From positions 1 through 64,000 of the IMG/VR virus record IMGVR_UViG_3300032007_000058: DNA of 64,000 nucleotides. One strand, written 5' to 3'. The notes beneath the pieces were generated by a model. It ran no database searches, was not told where the DNA came from, and saw nothing but the letters and a program-made list of their open reading frames with translations. This DNA comes from a virus (Duplodnaviria > Caudoviricetes). Every line of letters starts with the position of its first letter. Positions within the stretch are counted from its first letter, which is position 1. Positions 63,030 to 64,000 of this stretch are shown piece by piece. The position numbers and the translations under genes are program-made.

Positions 63030-63482
63030 ATGGCGAAGAGGGGACGGCCTAGGAAAGAGTTCGATCGAAAGCTATTCGAGTCGCTCTGTGGGCTCCAGTG
63101 TACGCTCGATGAAATAGCCTCGGTATTCAGTTGCGATAACAAGACTGTGGAACAATGGTGTAAACGTGAGTACGGCAAGAATTTCTCCGAGATTTTTAGG
63201 GAAAAGAGGAATATCGGCAAAATATCGCTCAGGCGGGCACAATGGAGATTGGCGGAGAAGTCCCCTGCTATGGCTATCTTCCTCGGCAAGAACTTCCTGG
63301 GGCAGACCGATAAGCAGGACGTAGAGGTCTCTGGCCCTAATAACGCCCCAGTCGTCATGAAGCACCAATACGACCTGAGCGGGCTCTCCATGGGCGAGAT
63401 AATGACTCTGGAGGCGATCCTGTCTAAAGTAGAGAGCAATAAGGCGGGGGGCGTCAAGGATGGACCTACCCAGCCTGAGTGA
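63030..63482 (+). CDS. terS: Terminase small subunit
   Basis: GRPRKEFD...CTLDEIA...SLRRAQW.LA..SPAMAIFLGKNFLGQ.D. Confidence 0.88.
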   Translation: MAKRGRPRKEFDRKLFESLCGLQCTLDEIASVFSCDNKTVEQWCKREYGKNFSEIFREKRNIGKISLRRAQWRLAEKSPAMAIFLGKNFLGQTDKQDVEVSGPNNAPVVMKHQYDLSGLSMGEIMTLEAILSKVESNKAGGVKDGPTQPE

Positions 63483-64000
63483 GGTACGAGCCTGGAAGCG
63501 GGAGCTGGCCTGCAAAGATTATGGAGCTTACGTCGAGCTGGTCCATCGCGGGCGCTGGAGACGGGCAAGACATCTCGACCTGTTATGCAGCCTCCTTAGA
63601 TCCGTCGAGGATGGGACAATTCCGCGACTTATGGTCTCGATGCCTCCGCGCCATGGCAAGTCTATGGCGGTGACAGAGACCTTCCCGAGCTGGTTCTTGG
63701 GGAAGCAGCCGGACCGTCGCGTCATCGAAGTTAGCTATGGCGATAAATTCGCTCAGAAATTCGGGCGCGCCAATCGCCGTAAGATCGACGAATTTGGGAT
63801 GGAGCTCTTTGGCGTTTCCATATCCAGCGATAACGCCTCAGTGACGAACTGGGGGATCAAGGGGCGTGCTGGGGGTATGATATCAGCCGGGGTCGGTGGG
63901 GGCATCACCGGGGAGGGGGCGGACCTGCTTATCATCGACGACCCCATCAAGAACCGCAAGGAGGCGGAGTCCCTGACCTACCGCGAGACCTTATGGGCGG
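63460..64000 (+). CDS. terL: Terminase large subunit (3'-truncated by window edge; not in ORF track)
   Basis: MVSMPPRHGKS Walker A, SYG...A..FGR, AGVGGGITGEGADLLIIDDPIKN. Confidence 0.95.
   Translation, partial: MDLPSLSEVRAWKRELACKDYGAYVELVHRGRWRRARHLDLLCSLLRSVEDGTIPRLMVSMPPRHGKSMAVTETFPSWFLGKQPDRRVIEVSYGDKFAQKFGRANRRKIDEFGMELFGVSISSDNASVTNWGIKGRAGGMISAGVGGGITGEGADLLIIDDPIKNRKEAESLTYRETLWA

Larger units (their letters stand above)
1..64000. mobile_element. Temperate tailed (myo-type) bacteriophage genome segment, non-integrated (attP intact)
   Basis: Baseplate, tail fibre, endolysin/holin, integrase plus attP, repressor region, RecT/SSB/RusA, replication initiator and terminases in lambdoid order; no host housekeeping genes. 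Confidence 0.97.

Overview
The whole window is phage DNA: about 64 kb of a temperate, contractile-tailed phage. It runs from the baseplate and tail-fibre genes through lysis, accessory/early genes, integration, immunity, recombination/replication and a DNA-modification cluster to the terminase genes. Head and tail-tube genes lie outside the window. The attP site (3' half of a tRNA-Gly) is intact next to the integrase, so this is the excised or virion configuration. High GC and the HU sequence suggest a Synergistota (Fretibacterium-like) host, which is inference only. Five features stand out. (1) An array-less, Cas6-less type IV-B-like Csf1/Csf2/Csf3 module has a helical Cas11-like insert inside Csf2 and is co-transcribed with a HARP-like protein, an SNF2 helicase, IbrA (PAPS-reductase-like), a GNAT and IbrB (ParB-like). 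(2) A consensus-perfect type II hammerhead ribozyme lies about 650 bp downstream, directly before the first early-gene RBS. (3) Three small receptor-binding-like paralogues follow the tail fibre, and two are switched off by G11/G12 tracts. (4) A TGT/DpdA-like, SAM-methyltransferase and YhhQ cluster suggests salvage-dependent 7-deazaguanine DNA modification. (5) Three genes next to attP carry 11 tandem Cys-rich repeats and degenerate HNH-like domains. All calls come from reading motifs by eye; no database searches were run.
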